Source of the DNA: a virus
DNA: 64,000 nt
Virus record (IMG/VR): IMGVR_UViG_3300025012_000027
Coordinates: 74,027 to 138,026 of that record
Direction: 5' to 3' (one strand)
Part shown: in pieces, positions 55,434 through 64,000 of the stretch
Layout of the letters: each line of letters begins with the position of its first letter
Position numbering within the stretch: position 1 is the stretch's first letter
The notes under the pieces: model-generated
Told to the model about the DNA's origin: nothing
What the model saw: the letters and a program-made list of their open reading frames with translations, nothing else
Database searches by the model: none
Position numbers and translations under genes: made by a program

Positions 55434-57419
55434 ATGACGCAGAATGTTTATGACGATCTCTTTAAGATGTCTTTGTATAGCGCAAAGATTTCGAGTATGC
55501 TTGCACAGGAAAACATCGCTGTAGAGTTTTCATCATACGCGAATACTGCTAGCTATCAACCAATGTCTCGCACAATCACTTTTCCATATTCCACGGCGTT
55601 TATGGATAAAGACATTCATGAACTGTTCATGTTTCATGAAGTTAGTCATGCTCTGCATATCCCACCAGCAGATATGCAGCTAGTAAAAGACTCGAAGGTA
55701 GATCATGATCTGTGGAACGTCATAGTTGATATCCGGGATGAACGTCTCATCAAAGCGCGGTATCCTGGATCAATTCCCATGTTTATCCGCGGATACGAAA
55801 AACTGCTCAATCAAGGATTCTTCGGATCCACCTCAAATTTGAAGTATAAAGACTTCGCAGATCGATTGAACGTCTATGCTAAATGTGGTATCAAAAGCGC
55901 TAGTATTGTGCCGTTGACTGCCAAAGAACAAGAATTCTACAATCGTTGCATGCGAGTGGAAACTATGCAAGAAGTTATCGACATGACGCGTGAATTGTTG
56001 GGTATCAATACCAACAATACCATACCTCGCGCAGATATGCTCGACGATATTATCGAACGACTCAAAGAGTCGGGCGATGGTACGGACGATGATGGAGATC
56101 CGTTATCGGAAAAAGAACTGCTTAAAAAAGCAGAAGAAGCGTTGGATAAAATTCGAGAAGAAAGGGTACAGGCCGCATTTGATGCAAACTTCGCTAACAG
56201 CATTATGCACAATACGAAAGTCATTAGCTTCGAACCCATCCCACTCGGACAGAGCCAATATTCGCCGGTAAAGTTATACACAGAGTTCGTGAAAACCACA
56301 TACTTGAATGATTGTTTCGGTGAAGATTTGGCGGCCGGCACTTCAGCCGTTCGCACAGTACGGAAAGATATTCGGACAAGCGTAGACAGCATGATTCGGA
56401 TCTTTGAATCTAAAAAGGCCGCTGAACGAGCTCGGAACGCGAAGATTGCCGATACTGGGATGATCGATGTGAACAAAGTTCATCGACATCTGTTCGACAA
56501 TAAGATTTTTCGTCGGTCGGTTAAATTACCAAACAGCAAGAATCATGCCTATTGCATCCTTGTAGATTTCTCGGGTAGTATGACCAGATCATATGATCAT
56601 GTCATTCAACAACTCATTGTTGTCACAGAATTCTTTAGGCGCATTCAAGTACCGTATAAAGTATTTGCATTTGGGTTTGATTTGGATCGACGGATATTCA
56701 GCAGTAAACCAACTGCATTCTATCAATCGAGCATCTACACATCATACTATTCGGCAGAACGCCCAAACTTCCTGTTCGAACTCTTGAACAGTGAACAGAC
56801 TACCAACGAGCATAACATTGCTCTTACAGGGCTCATGCACAAGATTGGATTCTGTCTTAGCAACACACCAACGTTGCATGCTATTAGCGCGGCCGAAAAT
56901 ATTGCGACTGAGTTCTTTGCTAGGACTGGCGCTAGTAGCAAGCATATGTTAGTTATCACAGATGGCGAGCCAACAGATGGTGGTTACAGCAACTCTGGGA
57001 AAACGGTTATCATCACAGACCCAGTTGCTCACTCAAAAGTCGTTTACCGTGGAAACTCTCCATATGGAATGTGCAATGCGATTGGGAAGATCATTGAGAA
57101 TCGGCGAGGGATTAAGTTTTCAACGATCTCGATCACCTCATCGTTGACAGACAGAATCGTTAGTTCGTTTGTAACGTCGGCAATTGATAAGAGCAACACC
57201 GAGCAGTTTCGCAAAGCTGGATACACGAACATCCCAGATCCGTTCACCAACAATCCGATCTTTTTTGCGAAACCAATGGCAGTCGATACAGGGATCGACG
57301 AATATGACATTTCTGAGAAACGAACATCTACACAGATTTCGAGGGCATTGCTTGCTAATATGAAACATATCAACAAGTCCAGAAACTTTCTTAATGCATT
57401 GGCAGAAAGTTTGAGCTAA
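55434..57419 (+). CDS. von Willebrand factor A domain protein (CobT-like)
   Basis: MIDAS motif CILVDFSGSM within a predicted vWA fold; precedes two AAA ATPases. Confidence 0.6.
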   Translation: MTQNVYDDLFKMSLYSAKISSMLAQENIAVEFSSYANTASYQPMSRTITFPYSTAFMDKDIHELFMFHEVSHALHIPPADMQLVKDSKVDHDLWNVIVDIRDERLIKARYPGSIPMFIRGYEKLLNQGFFGSTSNLKYKDFADRLNVYAKCGIKSASIVPLTAKEQEFYNRCMRVETMQEVIDMTRELLGINTNNTIPRADMLDDIIERLKESGDGTDDDGDPLSEKELLKKAEEALDKIREERVQAAFDANFANSIMHNTKVISFEPIPLGQSQYSPVKLYTEFVKTTYLNDCFGEDLAAGTSAVRTVRKDIRTSVDSMIRIFESKKAAERARNAKIADTGMIDVNKVHRHLFDNKIFRRSVKLPNSKNHAYCILVDFSGSMTRSYDHVIQQLIVVTEFFRRIQVPYKVFAFGFDLDRRIFSSKPTAFYQSSIYTSYYSAERPNFLFELLNSEQTTNEHNIALTGLMHKIGFCLSNTPTLHAISAAENIATEFFARTGASSKHMLVITDGEPTDGGYSNSGKTVIITDPVAHSKVVYRGNSPYGMCNAIGKIIENRRGIKFSTISITSSLTDRIVSSFVTSAIDKSNTEQFRKAGYTNIPDPFTNNPIFFAKPMAVDTGIDEYDISEKRTSTQISRALLANMKHINKSRNFLNALAESLS

Positions 57420-57487
57420 TTTCAAGATAATTGGAAATTCTTTGGAAAACCGTGTTATAATATGTATACTTTACAGGAACACACATT

Positions 57488-58429
57488 ATGACACTCACCG
57501 ACATCGAACAATCCATGATCGCCCAATTTGGGACTTCCGAAGTAAACACTCGGGACGTGATCAAAGCGTTGAACGATCTGGGATCTAATGCAGCAACACA
57601 CTATCCAGCACTTCGGTTGAAATATTCCGCAGGTCACGGGGTGTTGCAGTTTAAACAAGCTACGCGCGCCGTAGAAGAATCTGACAGTGACATTTCCGCA
57701 AGAATTAATTCTCGGTTCGCGGCAATGGACACCATTGTCCGGGCAACGGCCAAGGGACTTAACCGGGCATTGATCATTTCTGGCCCTGCAGGTGTGGGTA
57801 AGAGCTTTGGGGTTGAAAAGGCTGTCAAAGAAACGATCGGCGACTTTACTCACATTAAGGGATATGTACGGGCAACTGGCCTGTTTAAGCAACTGTATGC
57901 AAACAGGCATAGCAAGAACACCATTGTGTTCGATGATACTGATTGCTTGTTCTCAGACGAAAATTCTCTGAACTTGCTGAAATGTGTGTGCGACAGCAGC
58001 GATACTCGCCGCGTTAGTTGGTTGAGCGAAGCTGTTATGGAATCGGAAGATGGTGAAACACTCCCCAAATCGTTCGATTTCTGTGGCAACATTATCTTTA
58101 TCACAAACAAAGACTTTCAGCAGATGGCGACCAAGGATACTAAACTGTCACCTCATATTGAAGCGATGATGAGCCGTAGCATGTATGTTGACATTGGTGT
58201 GAAATCTGTACGTGACTACTTGATCCGCATCAAACAAGTGATCGACGAAGGTATGTTGGATAACGATATTCGATACGAAGACCAGCAAGATCTGATGCAT
58301 TACTTGAAGGTCAATGCAAACAATATGCAGGAACTCAGCTTGCGGATGGTAAAGAAGCTCGCTAGCCTGATCAACATTGATGCAACGAATTGGAAAGAAT
58401 TGGCGAAAATTGTTTGCCAAAAGTCCTAA
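57488..58429 (+). CDS. AAA ATPase (MoxR-like)
   Basis: Walker A SGPAGVGKS, Walker B IVFDDTD. Confidence 0.6.
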   Translation: MTLTDIEQSMIAQFGTSEVNTRDVIKALNDLGSNAATHYPALRLKYSAGHGVLQFKQATRAVEESDSDISARINSRFAAMDTIVRATAKGLNRALIISGPAGVGKSFGVEKAVKETIGDFTHIKGYVRATGLFKQLYANRHSKNTIVFDDTDCLFSDENSLNLLKCVCDSSDTRRVSWLSEAVMESEDGETLPKSFDFCGNIIFITNKDFQQMATKDTKLSPHIEAMMSRSMYVDIGVKSVRDYLIRIKQVIDEGMLDNDIRYEDQQDLMHYLKVNANNMQELSLRMVKKLASLINIDATNWKELAKIVCQKS

Positions 58430-58482
58430 GATATTCCAAATTGATGTTATAATACACATACCAACTTAAAGGATCTTTTGTA

Positions 58483-59619
58483 ATGATTACCGAAACCAAA
58501 TACAATGACAGCATGGCCAAAGTTCGCGAATACTTCGGCGATAAAGTGATCGTGTCGCGGCAGGACATTTTGGCGTATTTGAAAGAAACTGATGACACCT
58601 TGCCGGCAGTTTTCTGGGCAAATGCTCGTGTTGCACGCGGAACGTTTGACCTTTCAACCGCTCTTGATGGGTCGCGAGTTGCAGTGACAGCACCGGTGCA
58701 TACAACGAATAACGTCGTTGTTATGCCTACGTCGAAGCACAACCAGCACACGAGTGATATGCATAATCGGTTTGACCGCGATCTTCTTATCCCTACGTTG
58801 AAAGATACATATGTTGAATGGGGTAATTATTCAACTGTTGTAAAATTGCTGAACACTAGCAATTTCTTTACGTTGTATGTATCTGGCGATAGCGGTAGTG
58901 GTAAGAATGAGATGGTTGCTCAGGCGTGTGCCAAACTGAACCGACCACTTGTTCGAGTGTCAGTTACTCGTGAGACAAAAGAAGAGCATTTGATCGGTAG
59001 CAAAACGTTGATCGACGGCAGCATCGTGTACGAAGAAGGCCCCGTTGTTTGGGCAGCGAAGACTGGCGCCGTTTTGTTGATTGATGAGATTAGCGCAGGT
59101 GACCCAAATGAGCTTATGTGTTTGCAAAGTGTTCTTGAAGGCGAAGCGTTTTTCGTTAAATCAGCAAACGTCATGATTACTCCAGTGGAAGGATTCTGCA
59201 TCATTGCAACAGATAATACCAAAGGCCGAGGAAGTGATAGCGCTCGATATATTGGCACTAACATTCTCAATGACGCATTCTTGGAACGTTTTGAGATGAC
59301 TATGGAGCAAGGATATCCAACGGAAAAGATTGAAACTGCTATTATCAATAAGCTGATGCACAAACTTGGTCTCGATGATCAGAAGTTTGCTACTCAGTTG
59401 GTGTCTTGGGTACAGGCTATTCGTAAGACATACGTTGAAGAAGGCCTCGACGAACACATCACTACTCGTCGAGCATGCCACATTGTGAAAACATTCTACA
59501 AGATCAAAGATGTCGAGAAATCTATCGAATTGTGCGTGAACCGATTCGATGAAACGACTAAAATGGCGATGCTCAGTTTGTGGGAAAAGATGACCCCTAC
59601 CGAAGAAAAGACAGAATGA
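58483..59619 (+). CDS. AAA ATPase, CobS/MoxR-like
   Basis: Walker A GDSGSGKN, Walker B LLIDEISAGDPNELMCLQSVLE. Confidence 0.65.
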   Translation: MITETKYNDSMAKVREYFGDKVIVSRQDILAYLKETDDTLPAVFWANARVARGTFDLSTALDGSRVAVTAPVHTTNNVVVMPTSKHNQHTSDMHNRFDRDLLIPTLKDTYVEWGNYSTVVKLLNTSNFFTLYVSGDSGSGKNEMVAQACAKLNRPLVRVSVTRETKEEHLIGSKTLIDGSIVYEEGPVVWAAKTGAVLLIDEISAGDPNELMCLQSVLEGEAFFVKSANVMITPVEGFCIIATDNTKGRGSDSARYIGTNILNDAFLERFEMTMEQGYPTEKIETAIINKLMHKLGLDDQKFATQLVSWVQAIRKTYVEEGLDEHITTRRACHIVKTFYKIKDVEKSIELCVNRFDETTKMAMLSLWEKMTPTEEKTE

Positions 59620-59894
59620 CGCAGTTTGGAATAAGCGACCGAGCACCAAAAGGAACATATTCGTTTGTAGATTTGGTCGATCTACAAACTCCAAAGAACG
59701 GATATGTTTGCATGCTTGATATGTATTGGCTGACTACAGATGGGAAGGCTCTGTTTTATGGGACTTCCCCTCAGTGCAACTCCGATGAGCGAGTTATATC
59801 ACATGTACTGACGACCAATGCATACTTGTTGGGACAATTTACGGATCTACAATGCACAAAGATTCCAATTGCTTACATCAGACAGACTAAATAA
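59616..59894 (+). CDS. hypothetical protein
   Basis: Start at ATGA overlap. Confidence 0.45.
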   Translation: MTQFGISDRAPKGTYSFVDLVDLQTPKNGYVCMLDMYWLTTDGKALFYGTSPQCNSDERVISHVLTTNAYLLGQFTDLQCTKIPIAYIRQTK

Positions 59895-59919
59895 TAGTAT
59901 CTAATGTAAGGCGCCAACA

Positions 59920-62028
59920 ATGAAATCGTTCAAAGATTATGTCTCTCTTCAAGAGACCACAGTACCAGAAGACCTGCTGCACATTCCTGAAAAATGGGAA
60001 CATCATTCAAAAGTATCAGATGATACCAAGAAAAAGATGGAAGCTGCTCTGGGAACTAAGGGACACACCCTGTTCCCGCTAGGCGCTGTTGGAGAAGTCG
60101 AGCCAGACGTTGATGTGGAGGAACATCTCCAAGATCATGGATATAAAATCCACGATTACAAACGAGGTATTGCTACAACTAAGAAACGCATTGGTAATGA
60201 TGCGGTTGGATATAGAGACAAATTAGTTGAAGAACGCATAGGAGCAGTTCTCAACAAAACCAATGCCCCAGATCATGTAAAATCAGCGTATATGGCCGAT
60301 CCAGCAAGACAGGCTGCTAGCAAGACAGGAGCACATGTATGTATCACTACCACTAGGTTGGGTGTTGCTGGTATGACTGTTGGTACATCTTGGAAGGATG
60401 AGTCTTGCATGAATCTCCGAGACGGAGCGTTCAAGCATAAACTGTCGGATGATTCTGAGAATGGTACTCACGTAGCATACCTAGTATCACATGATGACAA
60501 AGGTGCTGCTAACGGTGCTCCCGATCACCCACTTGCTAGAATATCGTTAAAACCGTACCATGAAACCACTGAAGAGTGGCATGACAGGCATGAACCTGAA
60601 ACCGATACGATCTATAGAGCAGAACGAAAGATATATGGAGCCAATTCATCTCACTTCGAGCATGCTGTAAACAGATGGGCCGAGAAAAATTATCCAGCAA
60701 AAGATGGTGTACCATATAGAAAGAATGCGAAAGTGTATGATGACACTAGCAATACTATCTTAAAGACGATGGATGATAATGGTATCCACAATGCTATAAA
60801 GAGTGATACACGCTTGCCAGATTTCACTACGATTCCAAGTGATCAAATGCATAGAGCATTAGATTTTGCTAAATCTGAGTTCAGCGACCGTAGTGAAGCA
60901 CTGGGAACTTTTATATCCAACACGGCGTATGGTAATAGCAGTTTGTCTCAAAGTCATGTCAAGAAATTATATGATATGTCGAAAACTCTTCCAGAATATG
61001 ATCGACAAAACGTGCAACGCCACATAGCCACAAATCATGGCGACAAATTATCAACAAACACTCTGCGCGATTATTTGACATCTAATGTGGGAAATCATAT
61101 TCCGTCAACCGTTCTACAGTCGAAGAAATTATCAAGTGACTTGATAGACGGTCTGCCAGTTAGTCATTATGCAGACATACCGCCAGATAAATTGCTACCA
61201 AGACACATAGACAAACTAGTTTCAAGTATTATATCTCCACCAGCCGAATGGAGCTCATTGACTCATACGATCTCCCCGTTGAGGCATAAGTTGAGCAAGA
61301 GCAATGTCCATGACCTAGTGCATAAAGGCTCTCTGGGGTCAGCTAATACTAGGATCATGATCGTGCACGAACACTTCGACGAGGGTATGCATGATCATAT
61401 AATGCGCAATTCGCCGATTTCAATAAACACGTTGATGCATCATTCAAAGTTCGTTAAAGCGTCTGATGTTACAACCAGCGATATTGTACCTGTATCCGAA
61501 AACGATCACGTGGGGGACGTTGAGGGACCTAAGATTAAGGATTTTATTGTCAATCACGCCAACAATCGAATGTTCACGATGTCAAATGCTATCAGCAAGC
61601 ACATGACTGATTCTGATTATTCAAAACTTGCATCGTCAGACAACGTGGTCGAATTTAAGAATCCGGCACATTCTAACAAAATGCTCGATGCACTAAAGAA
61701 CAATCTATTATCTGCACATGATGCAGTTGGAAATAGCGAACATCCATCAGACGCATCTATCAGCAAATTTCGGGCTGCGCATGCCGCATACACAGGGTCT
61801 ATGGATGACCATATGGTTGGACACATTCGGCTCAACGGTGAAAATGGTCCTCGATTTAACGTGGACGAACATAATAAAATGTTAGACAGAATCTCGGAAG
61901 TAGAAGCTTTACCACACACACACCACATACCAAATTATGAAAGAATTACGGAAAGACTTCACCGAGTCCTTAAACGGATCGCTAAGACTAAAGACTTTGT
62001 ACGAGCGCGTTTTTGCCACTCGGCATAA
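59920..62028 (+). CDS. large hypothetical protein (702 aa)
   Basis: ORF track. Confidence 0.55.
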   Translation: MKSFKDYVSLQETTVPEDLLHIPEKWEHHSKVSDDTKKKMEAALGTKGHTLFPLGAVGEVEPDVDVEEHLQDHGYKIHDYKRGIATTKKRIGNDAVGYRDKLVEERIGAVLNKTNAPDHVKSAYMADPARQAASKTGAHVCITTTRLGVAGMTVGTSWKDESCMNLRDGAFKHKLSDDSENGTHVAYLVSHDDKGAANGAPDHPLARISLKPYHETTEEWHDRHEPETDTIYRAERKIYGANSSHFEHAVNRWAEKNYPAKDGVPYRKNAKVYDDTSNTILKTMDDNGIHNAIKSDTRLPDFTTIPSDQMHRALDFAKSEFSDRSEALGTFISNTAYGNSSLSQSHVKKLYDMSKTLPEYDRQNVQRHIATNHGDKLSTNTLRDYLTSNVGNHIPSTVLQSKKLSSDLIDGLPVSHYADIPPDKLLPRHIDKLVSSIISPPAEWSSLTHTISPLRHKLSKSNVHDLVHKGSLGSANTRIMIVHEHFDEGMHDHIMRNSPISINTLMHHSKFVKASDVTTSDIVPVSENDHVGDVEGPKIKDFIVNHANNRMFTMSNAISKHMTDSDYSKLASSDNVVEFKNPAHSNKMLDALKNNLLSAHDAVGNSEHPSDASISKFRAAHAAYTGSMDDHMVGHIRLNGENGPRFNVDEHNKMLDRISEVEALPHTHHIPNYERITERLHRVLKRIAKTKDFVRARFCHSA

Positions 62029-62483
62029 TGTCTAATACTTGAGTCTGAATGCTCCAACGCAGAATCTAAGATCTCCGGAGTTACCATTGGATGATTCAAG
62101 ATCTTCTGTTGAGCATACGTATTATCGCCACCAAACACTAACGATGGAGTTTGATACTTCTTCCATAAAGCGGACAAGTGTTCTGAGTTGACGCCCTTGT
62201 TGTTCATCAAAACGGTTAGGCTTGTTGGTCTAACTGTCGGATTCTTGATGAGTTCATGAATAACATCAGCGGGTAATGCTTTATGTGTTATCGCCAAAGC
62301 TCTTGATAGATCAGGATTCCAGCTCTTACTCGCATGCAATGCAATCTCTGGGGTGATATTAGAATCTGGATGCTGGACATATGCGACAGGTGCTTCTTCA
62401 TACGAGAAATGAACCGATGGCTTAGCATAAGTGGCTAAGAATTTTTGGTGAGATTTGCCTAGTTCAGACATTGTGTTTCCCAT
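61959..62483 (-). CDS. hypothetical protein (minus strand; start 62483 or 62471)
   Basis: 189-aa minus ORF; 70-bp convergent overlap with 59920..62028. Confidence 0.4.
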   Translation of the reverse strand: MGNTMSELGKSHQKFLATYAKPSVHFSYEEAPVAYVQHPDSNITPEIALHASKSWNPDLSRALAITHKALPADVIHELIKNPTVRPTSLTVLMNNKGVNSEHLSALWKKYQTPSLVFGGDNTYAQQKILNHPMVTPEILDSALEHSDSSIRHYAEWQKRARTKSLVLAIRLRTR

Positions 62484-62514
62484 GAATCGTGTTACAATAT
62501 AGTTATTTACCTTT

Positions 62515-63747
62515 ATGCAATTAAACAAAGATCAATCCAGCCTAATAGACACACTATTGAAGTTTTACAACAATGGCGGCGATCAGTATTTCCTAGTGTC
62601 TGGACAAGCCGGTGTTGGTAAAACGACTTGCATGAAGTTTTTCGCCGAGCAAGTATTAGATACCAATCCAAGAACTAAAATATGTATGAGCGCGCCCACA
62701 AATAAGGCAGTTGCTGTACTTGATAGTTCGTTGAAGATGCCCGATCTAACATACAAGACAATCTACAGTCTTCTGGGGCTTAGAATGATGGCTAACGGCG
62801 AAGTAAAAGAATTGGCCGATTCTGGGAAAGACAGCGTAGGGAATTATGATCTGGTCGTGATTGATGAAGGTTCGATGGTATCGTCTATTCTGATCGACTA
62901 CCTGTTCAAGAAGACTCGTTTAGCAGATACCAAGATTGTTATCATTGGCGATAAAGAACAGCTACCTCCTGTAGGTGAACTGATTTCTCCTATATGGAAA
63001 ACCTTTGATGTCAAGTATGAATTGACTGAAGTGATGCGACATCAGAATGCTATTCTCGAATTCGTTCAAAGCATTCGAGGCGATCAACATCCGGTGTTAG
63101 AATCTCCAGGCAAACCCGTCTATATTGACAAAACCGAAGATTCATTCGTTGGTAAGATAACGTATATGGCCGAGCGCGGGCAGTTTCACACGGGATCGGC
63201 AAAAGCCGTTGCTTGGAGGAATGTAACCGTCGATACATTAAACAATATTATCAGAGATTCATATCCGCCAACCCAATCACCGGATAAATTCATTGTAGGT
63301 GATCGAGTGGTTATAAAAGAACCGATCATCGAAGCTGACACGACTGTCGCGGCAACAGATGAAGAGGGGCAAGTATCGTTTGTTAGAATCACTACGCACA
63401 CCTTATATCCTATGCTCAAAGCGTGGAAGATCGACATTAAGTTAGATATTGACAAAACGACAGTCACTGCTCACGTCATCCACGAAGACTCAAAGAAGAT
63501 GATGGACGACTTGCTAGAAGGATTCAAAGCCGAGAAGAAGTGGAATCTCTTTTGGAAATTGAAAGAAGCATTCCATAATGTGAGCTATGCATATGCGCTT
63601 ACAGCACATCGAAGTCAAGGATCGACATTTGAGCACGTATTCGTTGATGCCGGCGATGTTTTACTGAATCGGTCACCCGATGAACGCGCGAAGTGTTTGT
63701 ATGTTGCTTGCTCTAGAGCTAGTAAGAGCTTACATTTATTTGTCTAG
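62515..63747 (+). CDS. SF1B DNA helicase, Dda/RecD-like
   Basis: Walker A GQAGVGKTT, Walker B VVIDEGSMV, IIGDKEQLPPVG, YALTAHRSQGSTF; promoter variant TGTTACAAT at 62490. Confidence 0.8.
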   Translation: MQLNKDQSSLIDTLLKFYNNGGDQYFLVSGQAGVGKTTCMKFFAEQVLDTNPRTKICMSAPTNKAVAVLDSSLKMPDLTYKTIYSLLGLRMMANGEVKELADSGKDSVGNYDLVVIDEGSMVSSILIDYLFKKTRLADTKIVIIGDKEQLPPVGELISPIWKTFDVKYELTEVMRHQNAILEFVQSIRGDQHPVLESPGKPVYIDKTEDSFVGKITYMAERGQFHTGSAKAVAWRNVTVDTLNNIIRDSYPPTQSPDKFIVGDRVVIKEPIIEADTTVAATDEEGQVSFVRITTHTLYPMLKAWKIDIKLDIDKTTVTAHVIHEDSKKMMDDLLEGFKAEKKWNLFWKLKEAFHNVSYAYALTAHRSQGSTFEHVFVDAGDVLLNRSPDERAKCLYVACSRASKSLHLFV

Positions 63748-63773
63748 TACCCACGTACACATATCTCGAAATT

Positions 63774-63799
63774 CCTTGGTATAGACGGTCCTACCAAGG
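63774..63799. terminator. 8-bp perfect inverted repeat hairpin (CCTTGGTA-10 nt-TACCAAGG), bidirectional terminator between convergent genes
   Basis: Seen directly; lies between the helicase stop and the minus-strand partial ORF stop. Confidence 0.55.
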
Positions 63800-63812
63800 A
63801 ATTGAACTATTA

Positions 63813-64000
63813 TCCTAAGTAATGCTTGATCAGCATATCGCGGCGAGCTTTAATAGTATCGCCCAAATGCTCTAGCCCATGAGGCTTAAGGGTAGCGTCT
63901 ATCTTATCGTCCGTTAATTTATTCAGATCGTGCGCCGCATCTTTTAAATGCGACTGGGCTATCTTACTGAATACTTCGCCAGCAGAGTATGTTGGATTCT
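63813..64000 (-). CDS. hypothetical protein, 5'-truncated by window edge
   Basis: Open minus-strand frame to the window end (...KIAQSHLKDAAHDLNKLTDDKIDATLKPHGLEHLGDTIKARRDMLIKHYLG*). Confidence 0.4.

Noticed and set aside
1-64000. tRNA/rRNA genes and CRISPR arrays
   Set aside because: No tRNA-like T-arm (GGTTCGAATCC-type) or anticodon stem patterns were spotted by eye, and no spacer-repeat arrays; the only regular repeats are protein-coding (LRV, Ala repeat) or iterons. A covariance-model scan would be needed to exclude small RNAs, especially in 29970-30425

Overview
This 64 kb window is almost certainly part of the early/middle region of a large virulent dsDNA phage. About 42% GC, genes tightly packed and almost all on the + strand, more than 100 mostly small ORFs, frequent ATGA/TAATG stop-start overlaps, and about 25 copies of a near-identical extended -10 promoter (TGTTATAAT). 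No rRNA or tRNA genes and no CRISPR array were seen.

Functions I can support from sequence:
- A 7-deazaguanine DNA-modification module: FolE (GTP cyclohydrolase I), a DpdA-like transglycosylase and a QueD-like protein, interleaved with two GT-B glycosyltransferase-like genes.
- A GH19 endolysin with a preceding holin-like membrane protein.
- A T4-type topoisomerase II (large and medium subunits). An HNH homing endonuclease sits immediately upstream, and its insertion duplicated 35 bp of the topoisomerase start.
- A DEDD exonuclease, a macro-domain protein and an SPFH/band-7 protein.
- An NAD+ salvage pair, NadV (Nampt) plus NadM-Nudix, resembling the described NARP2 pathway.
- An RNA-ligase-like enzyme, a calcineurin-like phosphoesterase and a P-loop kinase.
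- A ThyX-like protein.
- A vWA protein followed by two MoxR/CobS-like AAA ATPases (a CobT/CobS-like module).
- An AAA+ ATPase and a Dda/RecD-like SF1 helicase.

The most striking feature is a complete 2.2 kb ISL3-family insertion sequence at 33727-35935. It has 19-bp imperfect terminal inverted repeats, an 8-bp target duplication (CTTAAATA), about 57% GC, and carries a NADAR-domain passenger gene upstream of a transposase with a C-terminal extension. A second host-like high-GC island lies at about 15.7-18.9 kb.

Other observations: tandem LRV-like repeat-protein genes, an Ala-rich 24-bp tandem repeat, a paralogous small-protein family, an iteron-bearing 450-bp non-coding gap, and a P-loop kinase whose only ATG is one base out of frame inside an A5 run.
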